This document shows positions 26,271-41,508 of a stretch of DNA of 64,000 nucleotides, piece by piece. The position numbers and the translations under genes were made by a program. This stretch comes from the human T2T-CHM13v2.0 reference genome, Homo sapiens. Below the pieces are notes generated by a model. That model saw only the letters and a list, made by a program, of their open reading frames with translations. It ran no database searches and was not told where the DNA came from. The DNA is taken from the NCBI RefSeq assembly GCF_009914755.1, contig NC_060927.1; one strand, written 5' to 3'. How positions within the stretch are numbered: position 1 is the first letter of the stretch; every line of letters starts with the position of its first letter.

Positions 26271-26855
26271 GGGACTCGTTTTTAAGTCTTTCTTCCCTTT
26301 CAGTGCCTAGATTCAAGATAATCAATATATTTTGAAACTGAGGGAAGAAGGGTTTGTTAGTTACATCTCCTTTCAGATTTCTCAGCTTGCTGAAATAGAA
26401 GCTTTGTTTCCAGTCTCCAATGCCCTGAAGGCCATAAAAAGGAAAGTTCAATTTTTTTGTTATTTAAAAGCCACCTGCATTTATTAGCTTTCAAAGTTTC
26501 AGCCTTCAAATGGATTTTCGCTTGGGTATTTTTTACTTCTGCAAGTTCAACTCCACATTTAGGATTTTAAATTTTAATTTATCTGGCATTTGAGTTGTTA
26601 TCATTGAAAGAGTCTATCTGAGAAACTAACTCACCACACAGTTGGAAACAGAAGTTTCTATGTATGTTTCAATAGTGAATTCTTTTTATATTTCCAGAAT
26701 AATTGCTTAGTTGGTAATATTTGGGTTCTAATTTTTCTTTCTTCTAAATAGTAAAAAACGTTTTGACTTTTTATCACAAAGGACAAACATGAATTAATTT
26801 TGTTTGTCCTAGCCACAATCAAGGAAAACAATTTTGGCAAAATTTCTTTCTTTTT

Positions 26856-28240
26856 TACTGCACAAAACAATTTACAGATTTGTTGCTATTTCTATCAAAC
26901 TACCAATGACATTCTTCACAAAACTAAAGAAAATTATTTTGAAATTCATACAGAATAAAAAAGAGCCTGAATAGCAAAAGCAAGCCTAAGCAAAAGGACA
27001 AAGTTGGGGGCATCATGCTACCTGATTTCAAACTGTACTACAGGGCTGGAGTCACCAAAACAGCATGGTACTGGTACAAAAACAGACACATAGACCAATG
27101 GAACAGAATAGAGAGCCCAGAAATAAGGCTGTACACCGACAACCATATGATCTTCAACAAAGCTGACCAAAAAAAAAAAAAAACAATAGGGAAAAGACTC
27201 CCAATTCTATAAATTATGTTGGGATGACTGGACACTCATATGCAGAAGAATGAAATTGAACCCCTTCCTTATACTATATATAAAAATCAATTCAAGATGG
27301 ATTAAAGATTTAAATGTAAAACTCAAAACTATAAAAACTCTGGAAGACAACCTAGACAGTACATTTCTGGACACAGGAATGAGCAAACATTTCATGAGAA
27401 AGACACCAAAAGCAATCAACAAAAGCAAAAACTTGACAAATAGGATCAAATTTAACTTAAGAGTGTCTGCACAGCAAAAGAAACTATCAACAGAATAAAC
27501 AGACCACCTACAGGATGGGAGAAAAATATTTGCAAACTATGCGTCTGACAAAGGTCTAATAGCCAACATCTTTAAGGAACTTAGACAAATTTACAAGAAA
27601 AAGACCAACAACCCCATTAAAAAGTGGGCAGAGACCATGAGCAGATATTTTCCAAAAGGAAACATACATGCAGCCAGAAAGCTTATAAAAAAAAAGTCAA
27701 CATCACTGATCATTAGAGAAATGCCAATCAAAACCACGATGAGATATTATCTCACATTAGTCAGAATAGCTATCATTGGTCAAAAAATAACAGATGCTGG
27801 CAAGGTTGTGGAGAAAAAGGAACACTTATACACTGTTAATGGCAGTCTAACTTAGTTTAACCATTATGGAAAGCAGTTTGATGATTCATGAAAGAGCTAA
27901 AAACAGAAATACCATAACTGGGTATAAACCCCAGGAAATACGAATCTTTCTACCGTAAAGACACATGCACACATATGTCCATCGCAGCACTATTCACAAT
28001 GGCAAAGACATGGAATCACCCTAAATGTCCATCAATGGCAGATTGGATAAACAAAAGGTGGCATATACACCATGGAATACTATGCAGCCATAAAAAGAAT
28101 GAGACCATGTTCTTTGCAGGAACAGGATGGAGCTGGAGGCCATTATTGTTAAGAAACTAATACAGGAACAGAAAACCAAATATCTCATGTTCTCACTTAT
28201 AAGTGGGAGCTAAATGATGAGAACACAAGGACACAAAAAA
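26856..28240 (+). mobile_element. L1PA13-16-type ORF2 3' part, truncated at both ends
   Basis: ORFs [32 protein letters not shown] and [12 protein letters not shown]; ends at gagaacacaaggacaca. Confidence 0.93.
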
Positions 28241-30589
28241 TTACAGTATGTTTCTCCATTTTCAATTCTTTGCTCTCTGAAAAATGTCTTGTGAACCAGT
28301 TAAGGCAAAAATTGAACCCAGACTTCTGTTTAATAGGTTTTTAATCTTTTGATTTTTTCAGACAATAAAATAAGAAAATCATTTTTGTAATCTCTGTAGA
28401 GTCTTTCCCTTGTCATGGTGAAACATTTCGGTTAGTAAATTAATACAGTCTGCGTATCTCAGAATATGTTTTACAAATATTATCTGAATCAGCTGCATAT
28501 GTATAAACAGTTATTCTTGTCTGAAATCAAGTGTTTCTGTCTACCTAATATGAGAAGAAACATTTAAGTAAATGTGTATTTCTGTCATAGAATATATTGT
28601 ATGTATACTTTAGAGAGATTTTTAACTGAAAGCTCAGAGTATTACTATATTTTAGCTGTATGAACCTTAAAATCAGTAAAACAAAAATATGAAATCTCAA
28701 ATTCATCTTCTAGTTTATTACAAGTAATTATTATAAGTAATTAACATTTAAATTCTCATTTACTCTTTTGCTGTTCTTCAATTCCCATTTAAGTTATTAT
28801 ATATATTTATGAAATGCTGCCCGAACCACCAAATAACGTTTCTCCCTTTAAACTTGGCTTCATTTCCCTTCATTGAAAATTTAGCTCTATCAACAAAAGA
28901 TTGCAAATTACCCCTTCATTCCCCAATGGTAATTTGTTGTATCTTTTCATAATCCAAATTCTTCCAAAGATTCAGATGTGGATATTTATCAATTTCCTTC
29001 CAACGGGAACTGTTTTCAATATGACTAAGCTTTCACATCCCAAGAGTTAGTTTGCTGTTCAGCCTTATTTTAGTTTATTCTATGTAAAAAGATCTCTTTT
29101 CCTCCTCCTGTAACTATTGTCACCTCACCAAATTCATCCTCACAGAAGCAATAACAGAACTAAGTGTCTTTTATCTGCACTTTCAGGAGGTTCCTGTGTC
29201 GTAAGAGAGCTCTCCAGGCCAATTAAGAAAACAGCTTCAGTTCCTATCATATCTCTTCCAGAGCAGTATTTTTTCCTACAAGGTTCCTTCTGAATCCTTT
29301 ATGAAATTGCCTTCCAAGTGTCTTCACTCAACTTATATTTCTTTTCTGCTTTCTGGAATGTAATTGCTAACACTGAATTGTAAGAGATGCAAAGGATGGG
29401 GAGAACATAAAGTGAATCCAAAATGAGTTTTGAAATCTATTTCAAAACAGATTCCCTGCCTAGCAGATATTCCCAAATTGTGTACTGCAACATCAGCTTG
29501 CTGCATTTATCCCAAAGATTCACATTGTTGACTTATCCTCGCCATAACTCTGATATTTTCTTCATTTCAATGAAAAGAGTTGAGGATTCTTTTCAATTCC
29601 CCTTCCCCAGGTCTCCTCTCCTGTTATTCCAGAGACTTTACTTCCAAATCAGTGTCATCCTCATCAGTTCCCTTTTTACTCTCTGCTCTTGGTGCACAAA
29701 CCTTGATTATAAAAGGCGTTAGTTAGGTTTATCTGATCTAAGTTTATAAAACCAAGTGTGAATCCTAGCATTCTGATAAACTGTTTGACCCTGAACAAAC
29801 TGGCCTGGGTTGTAGAATGGAACACATCAGGACAGTTTATTCCATGCTTGCCTTTCATCTCCAGAAACTATTAAAAATGAAATATGATTTTCCATTTGAG
29901 CAGAGTTTGAAATCACTTTCACTACTTACTTTCCCTACCTCTTTCTGGTAAAGACTTCCTGATGACAGGAATTTAAGAATTTATTCTCATATGTTATGCT
30001 CTCTTTTCTAGCTCTATAATCCTCAGCTTGGATATTCCCACTGAACCCCTGCAAAATAATATGGTCTAAGCAAGAACATCCACAACTGTATCTACCTCTG
30101 TGTATGTTGCAAAAGGCCCTTTGGCATATGAGCGTTCTTTGGATGGTTGTGAGTCACGTGAGGGGGTATAGGGTAGCCCAGTACTGAGCTAGGTGAGTAG
30201 AAAGGAATTTTTTAAAAAGCAGTTTGGGGAGCTAAGTTTAAGGGCTTTATTTTTTACTATCTATAGCCATATTGAGTTATAAAAATGGGACCCAACTTTC
30301 TAACAGGAATTTTTTTCTACATTAATATTTGTAGATTTGGGAGATTAAGTAAGAAAATAACAACCAGTAAAATGTTGGTGGACTGAGTACAAGCATTGCT
30401 TATTTATTGGCTGGCCAAAGTACCTATGGGTTGTAGAGTAAACACACTATTCTAACTTTTAAGTTACGATCATGAGTTTATTTTACTCTCTCTCCCTCCC
30501 TCTTTGTCTCTCTCTCTCGATGAATAAAATTGCCAGAGAAATCAAGGTGCAAGATCAGAAAAGGACCTGAGAATCTCTGACTAAAAAAA

Positions 30590-30895
30590 AAAATTTTTTT
30601 GTCGTTGTTTTTTTTGAGACAGTCTCGCTCTGTCACTCAGGCTGGAGTGCAGTGGCGCGATCTCGGCTCACTGCAACCTCTGCCTCCCGGATTCAAGCAA
30701 TTCTCCTGCCTCTCAGCCTCACGAATAGCTGGGACTACAGGCGCGCGCCACCACTCCCGGCTAATTTTTGTATTTTTAGTAGAGACGGGGTTTCACCATG
30801 TTGGTCAGGCTGGTCTCCAACTCCTGATCTCGTGATCCAGCCACCTCGGCCTCCCAAAGTGCTAGGATTACAGGCGTGAGCCACCGCGCCCGGCC
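30590..30895 (-). mobile_element. AluSg-like
   Basis: Full antisense dimer; ctcctgatctcgtgatcc. Confidence 0.96.
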
Positions 30896-31214
30896 ATACA
30901 ATATTTTTTAGAAGGGTGGTATACCCATTTTTTCTGAGGTAAAGAGGGGCCCATCCCAAAAGCAGTCACTTATCAGATACTGAGGGAGAGAAGGGCTGTG
31001 GGTCTATGAGGGAATAAAAACTTGCACTCAGGAAGCTGACATGGGTAAGGAAGGGGAGAGCAGCTTGCTAAGGTCTGCAATATTTTGGACTCAGATAGTA
31101 AGATGCTGGAGGGTCTATTCCCCCCCAAAAAATTGCTGTTAAAGGCTTTACTTTTGTGCTCATACTGTCTGCCAAAATAAGAACTCAGCATTGGCCATTG
31201 CTCCAGCTGTACCA

Positions 31215-32720
<1,506 letters not shown>

Positions 32721-33834
32721 TCTTTCTTACAGCTAAGTATAACTGAGCTTTTATATTTATCCAAGCCGATAATCTTTACCTCTTAACTGATACATTTTCT
32801 GTTATTTTTTTCTCTTTGCTCTCCTTTGTTCTTATTTCTGCTTCTAGGGTGTTTTTGTTTGTTTGTTTGTTTTGTTTTGTTTTTTTTTTTTGGAGTGACA
32901 TGTTCTAAAGACAACATTGTTTTATTTTTCTTTGCTTATTTAAGTTCTTAGCATTTATTAACTATATTTTTTCTGACTAAATCTTTGTTATTTAATATTT
33001 CAGTCTTCCTCCTAAACATGAAGAGGACCCTATCATATATTAACTACCAATTAAGCAGACCCTTGTTATTTGATTGTAAAGTAATTCAGTTGTTCATTTA
33101 TGTATTCATTTATTCATATTTGTAAACAAACACTATAAAGTAGATTTTGCATAACAAAATATAAGGTTTAGCAGTACAATTTATCAATGTCTTCATATGT
33201 TGTTTTTTCTTATATCTCACATCTTATTTTGGGTTCACTTTTCTTCTTGCTGTATGTGTCAGCTCTTTATTATATACCCAACTGCCATTTCCCTATTCCT
33301 TATATGCAACATAACCTTCATTTCCCAGAAAGTGATAGGAGATGGAGGGGAGGAAGCTAGGTACCTCTCCATACGACAAATCATGATGGATCTAAACCAG
33401 TTGAGGTCATCCCATTACCCTTGATGATTATCTAAAGCTGGGCATTTGCATTGACAATGGAGAGAGAAATGTGTCAGAATGTAATTTAAAGAGGCCTTCC
33501 CTTCCTGATTAAATTAGGTCACTGAAAGAAAGCCTGTTGCCTCTTTCTACCTTTTTCCTGCCTTCAATGTAGAAATGATTCTAGAAATGCAACAGCCCTT
33601 TTGTATCCATGAGGTGATATATATGAAACAGTAAAATGTATATATCATGCATGGTGTTACAGAAAACTAATAAGACCTTGGGTCCTGCTGACATTATAAG
33701 TACAAATGTATTCCCACCAGGTATCTGTGTCAGCATTCTCATTACACTTATATGAGACTTTATCTGACAGTTCAATATTGTTTTACCTGGAATAACTTGA
33801 TACTATTGTATTTAGTTTTCTATGTGATCTTTTT

Positions 33835-34400
33835 TCTTTTTTATTTTAGCAAAATATATACAACATAATATTTGCCCTTTCAACCATTTTTAAGTGTACA
33901 GTTCAGTGGCATTAAGTACATTCACATTGTTGAGCCACCATCATGGCTATGCATTTCGAGGACTTTAGTTTTCTCAAACTGAAATTCAGTATCCGTTAAA
34001 TGCTAACTCCTTGTTCCTCCTTCCCTACCAGCCTCTAGTAACGACCATTCTACTTTCTGTCTCAATGGCTTTGACTACTCCAGTAACTCATCTAAGTCTA
34101 ATCATACAGTATTTGTCCTTTTGTGACTGGATTATTTCACTCAGCATAATGTCTTCATGGTTTTTCCATGTTGTAGCATGTGTCAGAATTGTCTTACTTT
34201 TAGGGCTGAATACTATTCTATTGTATGCATATTGTAGTAACATTTTGTCTGTGTATTCATTCATCAACAGATGCTTGGATTGCAGCTACAACATTTTACT
34301 TTCCTACCAGTAATGCAGAAAAGTTCCAGTTTCTCCGTATCTTGGTTAGCACTTGTCATTTTCTATTTTTCTTATAGTAGCCACCCTAATGGTTATTATA
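33835..34400 (-). mobile_element. L1MB 3' end
   Basis: aaccatttttaagtgtacagttcagtggcattaagtacattcacattgttg. Confidence 0.88.
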
Positions 34401-35914
34401 CTTTGTAGCCATTTATATTTAATTCTTATCATTAAATTTCTTTTTGTATTTGTAATATTTGTTTTGTAGGTAAATTTGTTTGGGGAGGTATTTGGGTATT
34501 TTGTGTGTGTGGGTTTTTTAAAATATATTCTACCTCTACCCATCTGCACACATATTGCTGGTTAACAGATTTGGTGTAGCTCAAATCTGAGGGTTTCCAA
34601 TCCAGGGCCAGTCTTAAAATAGTGGCTCAGGGCACGGCCCCATGATGAATCGTGGCCATCATTCACCCTTGCTTCAGTTACTGGTCATAAGGAAGCCAGT
34701 TGTCCTCTCACCTCCCCAGGCTCTCAGCTCTCTGGAAACCAGAGCTCTAAGCATACCTTCTGTTCTTCCCCCCACCCCTCCCTGCCATCTCCTGGCTTTT
34801 ACAGTGATCTTGGTTCCATATAACCAACTTCTATGGTGGCTTTGTCACTATCGTCTTATGGGAGAGTCTCACTCCATCGCTATTACCTGTAGGATGTCTC
34901 CAAGTTAAGCAAGTCTATCCTTTTTCATCTCTACTTATTTTTTCCCTTATTTTTTAAAAAATTGTCATATATTTTTTGTTTTATCTACAGCCTAGTTGTG
35001 CTGTTTTCCTTGTCTACATTTATATTTTTGCTGCATGTTTGATATAGTATAACCATTTGAGTACAATAAATTATGAAATTCCTGAACCACCTTAATGTGC
35101 AGTCTCAAGATAAACGGAAGCAATTCTTTTTCTCTCATTAAGGCTACTTTGAGTTCACCTTCATAAATGTGTCTTTCTAGACAGTATACTTGCCTTAAGG
35201 CAGAAGAACACGAAGAGCTAGGTCAGTACCTTGTCATTAAATGCAAAGGTCTCTTGATTTTTGAAACCTCTTGATTTTTGAAACCTTACATTTGTAGTAT
35301 TCTTTAGTTTGTTCTTCCTTTTTGGTTCCCATGAATCATTCAATACCTTCATGCCTGTTAGGGCTTCGTCTAACTTCCTTACTTTGTTTTACCCTCTCCC
35401 CTTTTTAAAATAATCTTCAAGCTGCCTTCTGGTTTCTAAATTCACTGCTTACCCTAAACATTAATACTCATATGCTCTTATTTCTTCCTTATCTTCTTGC
35501 TTGATTTGTGATAGGTTGTTAATACTTTTTCACTTTAGCATTTGGATTATATTTTTATTCAAAATTTAGGTTTCTCATCTGCTGATGGGTTTCCTAGCAT
35601 CAGTTCCCTCAATTCTCTCTCTCAGTATTATAGAAGGGATCTAGAAAGAAGGTTCAATGACAGAAAGCAGCCCTGCAGGAATAGCCAGGATAAAAAGTAT
35701 TTAATTTAAACAATTTTACAAAATATTCAATCATTTTGCCTCTTTCAACTTTCTTTATATATTTTGTTAATTGTACTTTAATAATTTCTCATTGAGTACT
35801 TGTGAAAACAATGAGTTATGTCTATGCTACATTTATTTATGAGTGTATTATAAACAGCTAGAAAACACTTCTACAAAAAAGATTAAGGAAAATACATGTG
35901 AGAATTGTAGGGAA

Positions 35915-36760
35915 TTTATTCATTCATCCATATACATTTAATGACACTTATTCCTCATGCTTTGGAAATACAAATATGAATAAAACAGAGTTTCACACTT
36001 CAAGGAACTCACAGTCTAGCCTAATGACAGACACACAAGCAGGTAATTTCACATGTAGTGTGATAAATACATAACAGCAGGAGGCATGATGGAGGGATCT
36101 ACCAAACTTGCCCAGAAAGGCCTAGTAAAACATTACAGATAAAGGCTTTGCTCAGCTGCATTTTATAAGGTGAGTGGACCTGAGCACACATACAATGTAG
36201 AGCAAAGGCATTCTAGGGAGAAAGGATCAGCAAAATATTTAAGGTTTATTTTCTCTTCAGAGGATGATTATAGGAATGATGTATCAAATACGTGGTGTTA
36301 ACGTTAAGAGATTAAACAATAAGTGAGGGCTTGGATGAGATTGTCAAAGGCCCTGTGTACTTTACTGAAAATTTTTAATTTTATCTTGATGTCTGGAAAA
36401 TTTGGCTATACATAATACAATGCATATTTGAGGGCAATGTCGTCCTTTATATAAGAGTGGAGATTAGGAAGAGAGAGCTGCAGAGGAGGAGCCAATGTAA
36501 ATAACCTAGTCCTTAGTGAAGAAAATGGGCAGAATGTGATGGATTTGTGAATTGTGGCTGAGGTTGCACTGTTGGACTTTTTGGCTGACTGTGTAGTGGT
36601 GGTGAGGGAGAAGTAGAGCAGTGTCCTTTTAGGCTGACTGTGTAGTGGTGGTGAGGGAGAAGTACAGCAGTGTCCTTTTAGAAGATTCAAGAATTAAGAA
36701 AAAAATGTTTTAAAGATAAAGAAAAATACTAAGGCAGAAGGGAAATACTTACAGGACAGG
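35915..36760 (-). mobile_element. L2 fragment
   Basis: ttattcattcatcc tail, caaggaactcacagtctag, aaggcattctagggag. Confidence 0.7.
36583..36680. repeat. 49-bp tandem duplication
   Basis: 36583-36631 versus 36632-36680 differ by one base. Confidence 0.95.
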
Positions 36761-37649
36761 ATTGCCAGAGAAGGCCTTAAAAGATGAAATCAGTCTCCAT
36801 TGAACAATTTGGTACCATCGTCTTTAAAGTCTATAAGAACGGGCCCCCCTGTAATTGCAGGTGTGTAGCCTGCATGGCTAGGTGCAGTCAAGAGCAGCAG
36901 CCCTGAGATGTGTGGTAGCTATAACAAATAGTTTTTGAGGGGACCATGTTTGCAAAAACAATTTGATTTAAAATGTATTATAAAACTCAAGGGCCCATGT
37001 GGAATACAATAATTTATCAATGAAGAAGTAGAATAAAGAGTAGAAAGGAGGTACTTACATATGTAGTTATTGTCCAGTCAGCTAACTTAAAGATTCTTTA
37101 TAGTAGCCAGGCACTATCTCTTTCTGTTCCTATCTAGAGACCATCTCTTTATTATAAAATGGATATGTTATTATAAAATGTACCATTTACAGCTCATTTA
37201 ATATCTCCCATAATAAAAAGAAAGACAGCAATGCTGTTGCTACTTATAATGCCATGGTTCTTCCAAACATTTTATATTGAAATAATAGAGATTTCTTGCC
37301 TCTTTTGTTCCCTAATACCATATTTTAATGATCTTTGCTCATGGTACTACATTAATCATTGTGCCACCTATAAATATTGGTGTCTGTTAATTATTTCAAA
37401 AGTTGTGACTCTGAATCTTTGATGATGACCACACATGTAAGTTTTACCTAGGGTATACTGAAATGTGAGTAATAATTAGTTTTCTAATTAAGTAAATTCA
37501 TCATTCAGAAGTTTATAGTATAACTACTGAACAACATCTCTTCCATTCATCTCTACTCTTGAAATCTTTTGGCTGTAAATTCTGTGTTTGTTATCTCTTT
37601 CATTGTTGACTGCACCTCTGACTTTCACACACTATCACCAGCAAAGAGG

Positions 37650-38550
37650 ATAGATGAGGGGTTCATGAGCAAATTGGGAAAAGAAGCCTGATTTGCACAG
37701 GGAATATCTATCCTTCACAGTACATCTTAAGAGAGTGAATCAGGAGAGCACAATATAACTACACACATTAGAGACAAGATAGGACATCAACAAGAGTCCA
37801 CTGGCATTGCAGAAGACTGATCTCAAAAGCCCCTGGAAGAGATAGGTGCAGCTAGCTACCCCAGAGGACTGTGGAGGAGACAACGTGACCATCCTAGGTG
37901 CCAGAGATAGGGGATGCACATGGTAAAGAATTCCAGCCACCACCTCTCGAGTGCTGTAGACAAGAGGCAGTACTGCAGTGGGAATAAATATGGGTGAGAA
38001 CGAACTTACAGACCTCCCGACACAGCTCAAGCTTAAAAATCAGAAAATGAACTACTGGAGCCCAGAGGTCTGAACAAATCTTATGTCCAAGATAATTGAG
38101 AGTCACCTCAAATCACCATTCTTGTACACCAATCTTGCATTATCTCATGAAAGAAATTCTTCACCAGCTAGTGGAAGAAATTTGCCAAGCAGGACACCTC
38201 CTGGATTATAGGCATGAGTCTTGGTGTCCACTGGTATATTTTGTCAACCCCATAAGTGAGACAGAGGGCCAAAGAATGTTCCAAAGGGGAGAAATTGGAA
38301 AGCTGGTCCAGGCTTGGTGTACCCTGCCCAGACTGTACCGTAGGCCCTGGCCGGTCCAAGCCACTCGAGAGAGACTTAGAACATTTCACATTTAGTACAT
38401 CCAACAATCAGACCCATGCATGACCAGATCTGGGCTCAGGAAATCCCACCCAGATGGCACTGCCAATTCTAGATGATCCCAAGAATAAGGCACTCAGAAG
38501 CATAGGCAGCCTGAGGCATAGGTTCTAGTGCAGCAACCTACTCAGGTCTA
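37650..38550 (-). mobile_element. Possible highly decayed LTR-retroelement pol (RT-like) remnant
   Basis: GC-richer block; the minus frame reads AIWVG..SGHAW.*LLDVLN...LDQLSNFSPL...YQWTPRLMP..Q...FFH*LV, in the order of retroviral RT motifs, but identity is low. Confidence 0.35.
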
Positions 38551-38649
38551 ATGGTGGCTCTAAGTAGTGATTCTAATTCAGAACATACATATAGAAGTTT
38601 CCCTTAGAATTTTTTCTTGCATTATAGTTAAAAGCTTAACACTTAATAA

Positions 38650-38895
38650 AGTTAATAGCTGTTAAACATTTTGCACGTGCAAGCATTCTGTTGTCAACCT
38701 TTAATGTATTTTCTCTTCAAATTCACTAATAATCTCATGATTATTATTATTGTTAGCTTTATGATATATAGGAGGAGAGTTACTTTAAAAATTGAATAAT
38801 CTGTCAAAAATCACGCAAATAACAAATATCTGAACCAGGAATCAAACCTGAATCTATGTAACATCAAAGCCCGTGCTCTTAATGATGCTTCTAAA
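38650..38895 (-). mobile_element. MIR SINE
   Basis: taatagctgttaaacattttgcacgtgcaagc...gaaccaggaatcaaacctgaatct...aaagcccgtgctcttaa. Confidence 0.7.
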
Positions 38896-39248
38896 TTTCC
38901 TAATCTTTGAGGTAGAAAGTAAAAATAATGAGTAAGATATAATAAGCATGGCAAGAAAGGAAATCAAGCTAAATTTTCTCTATTTGCTCTGAAAATGGGA
39001 GTTGGGTTATCTGCCAAGAATAAGGAACAGATGGTACAGAGTGTTTGAAGATTTACTGCTGTGGAATAAACTAGGAAGAATGTTTGTTAAGCAGCATTGA
39101 GGAACCAAATGAGTCTGAAAAATCATAAATACAATACATATTGGCATGATCTAGATGTTTCTGTGGCTTTCTGCATCAAGAATTTAGTGCTATGAAGAAC
39201 AATGAGAAAAACATAACTGTAAGAAAAGTGAATGGCAGGGTGCATATA

Positions 39249-39327
39249 TTGGTTGGTGCAAAAGTAATTGCGGTTTTTGCCCTTGAAAGTAATTACAGAA
39301 ACCACAAATACTTTTGCAGCAATCTAA
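39249..39327. mobile_element. MADE1 MITE (miR-548-type hairpin)
   Basis: ttggttggtgcaaaagtaattgcggtttttgcc...cttttgcagcaatctaa; TA on both sides. Confidence 0.93.
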
Positions 39328-39709
39328 TAGTAGAAATACGTGTGGGAACTCAAAGCTCGCCTCCTTCTCTTCCAATCCATGTGGTGCCATACTCCATCTA
39401 GAACTGGGAGGGGTCTTATATACACAGGGATATCCTAACCTGCACATCCTTTCAATAAGCATCTCTTAGCAAACCCCTCTCACAACTTGAGCTAATACAC
39501 ACCAGTAGTGCTATCAGGTCTTGAGAGGAGAGATCTGTGGAAGAAGGCTACATAGGACCTTGAAGCAGGATTGAGGCTGTTTTGGCAAGACATTCCAGGA
39601 TCCTGGGTCCTGAAAAGCAATATAGAAGGGGCCTTTCCAAATTTCTCTCCTTGTGCACTTAAGTTGCTGTGATTGTCTGTGTTTTATGGCAGTACTCCTT
39701 AAGGATATA

Positions 39710-40145
39710 TAAGTTAAGATACTATGAGTTGTAAATAACAGAAAACTCTACCCATGGTAAATTAAGCACAAACAAACCCAAAATTTATTGACTCAGGGAC
39801 ATGAGCAATTCAAGGCCAGATTTAGATGAGACTATTCAAAGTTCAAATGGGCTTCAGCTTTGTCATCTTGGTGCTGGTTTCATTCTCAGGTGAGGCTTTC
39901 ATGGGGCTCATGTTTCCTCTTTTAAAAGCCTTTGGAAAACAAGAGTTCATTTCCCTGATCTCTTGGCCAAAGAATGAAATTGTGTGGACAACTCTAACTG
40001 ACCTGACTCCAGTCATGTATCCTTTTTCAATCAACCTTTCTCTGGCATCAAAGATAGGCTGTTTGCCATAATCTTAACTACTCTTGGGAATGAGGGAGTG
40101 CTCAACCCCAACAAGCCACTAAACTGAGAACCTCAGTGTCCTGTT
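39710..40145 (-). mobile_element. Old ERVL/MaLR-type LTR (LTR33/MLT1K-like)
   Basis: gttgtaaataacagaaaactc...ttaagcacaa...aatttattgactca. Confidence 0.5.
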
Positions 40146-40629
40146 AGAAAAATAGAATGTTATATATATAATTGAAACAGAGATTGTTTTTCACATATGT
40201 TGTATTATGAACAATCACCTTACATGGTAATTTGTTGTTTTGTTATCCATGTAAGCAGAACACAGGGGTTTAAAATAATACAAAAAACCTGCATAAAACT
40301 CAAAACTATTTTTTCAATGTTCTTTCAAAAACAAGAAGATTTTAGAGGTCAATTTTGGAAGTAAATCTTTTTTCCATGCATTTAGAATAGCATAGCATCT
40401 GGCCTTGATTAAGTAAGCCAGTTGTCTAGGGACAAAGCAGAGAGACAGGAAAACTCAGTGGTGGGAAAGAAAAAAGAGTGCCTCCAGCAATAATCCAAGA
40501 CTCCTCCTTTTTCACTAGTCTCCATTGCTTCGGATTTGTGGTTTCTGTGGATTTAACTTTTTCAAGTGGCAAATAGTTTTTATGCATCTGCTATAATCTT
40601 TCCCTAGGTAGTTTTATTAATTTTTTAAA

Positions 40630-41472
40630 CAAAATTTTCTTTCTAGGCTTCTAGATCCTGATTCCTAAAGTGACTGAGCCCATTGTCCCTGTACCTTTCT
40701 AAGGGCAGTATTGCTGAGCTTGTCTATTAACATTAAAAACTGGGAAAGGGAGTACTAAGAAGTACCCAAGTGGATCATGCAGGTGACAAAAGTATTATTT
40801 CCTGTACCCACTGTAACAACAGCTCTGCCCCCACCTGTGATCAGGATCAATTACCCACAGCAAGATGCTGACTTCTCTTCTTCCCTGGTTCCTGCAAGGA
40901 ACTGGGGAGTGATTCCATGTAGCTCCTTCCTGTTATGCTTGAAGTGAATCTCTCACCATGTGCATTTAATCATCTTCTTAAACTCTTAAAAGTCAGACTC
41001 ATGTTGCTGCCACTCCATCATAGTAACTACTATTCATGCTATTCATCATGGTAACTACACTGGCCTGTATTCTGAAGGTTACACCCTGCCACCTGACCTT
41101 TATTGTTTCTAATTGTTATCATCCCCTATTGCAATTGATGAGTCTATTTCTGCAAATGCTACTGTCAGCCTTGGCTTAGAAAGGAGTGCCTCCACTGAAC
41201 TTATTAATGCTGGGGCCCGCCCATCAGCACCTTCCTTTGGGTCATTGTGTGGACCAGAGTCCTCTGGGGGCATTCATAGTCACACAAAACGTATCTACTC
41301 TAAATCGCCTACTTCTCTGGGCCTTTCAACTCCTTCTTTCAACATCTGTCATGGCAATTCTGGCATTTCCATTTTACATAATGTAGCCATCATTTTTCCA
41401 TGCTTCCAAAAGCCATCTGGATGTGTGTACCATATCCCAGGGTGTTAAACTCTGTATTTAAGAAGTGTGTAG

Positions 41473-41508
<36 letters not shown>

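Noticed and set aside
35251-35284. 17-bp tandem duplication
   Set aside because: Ordinary slippage product
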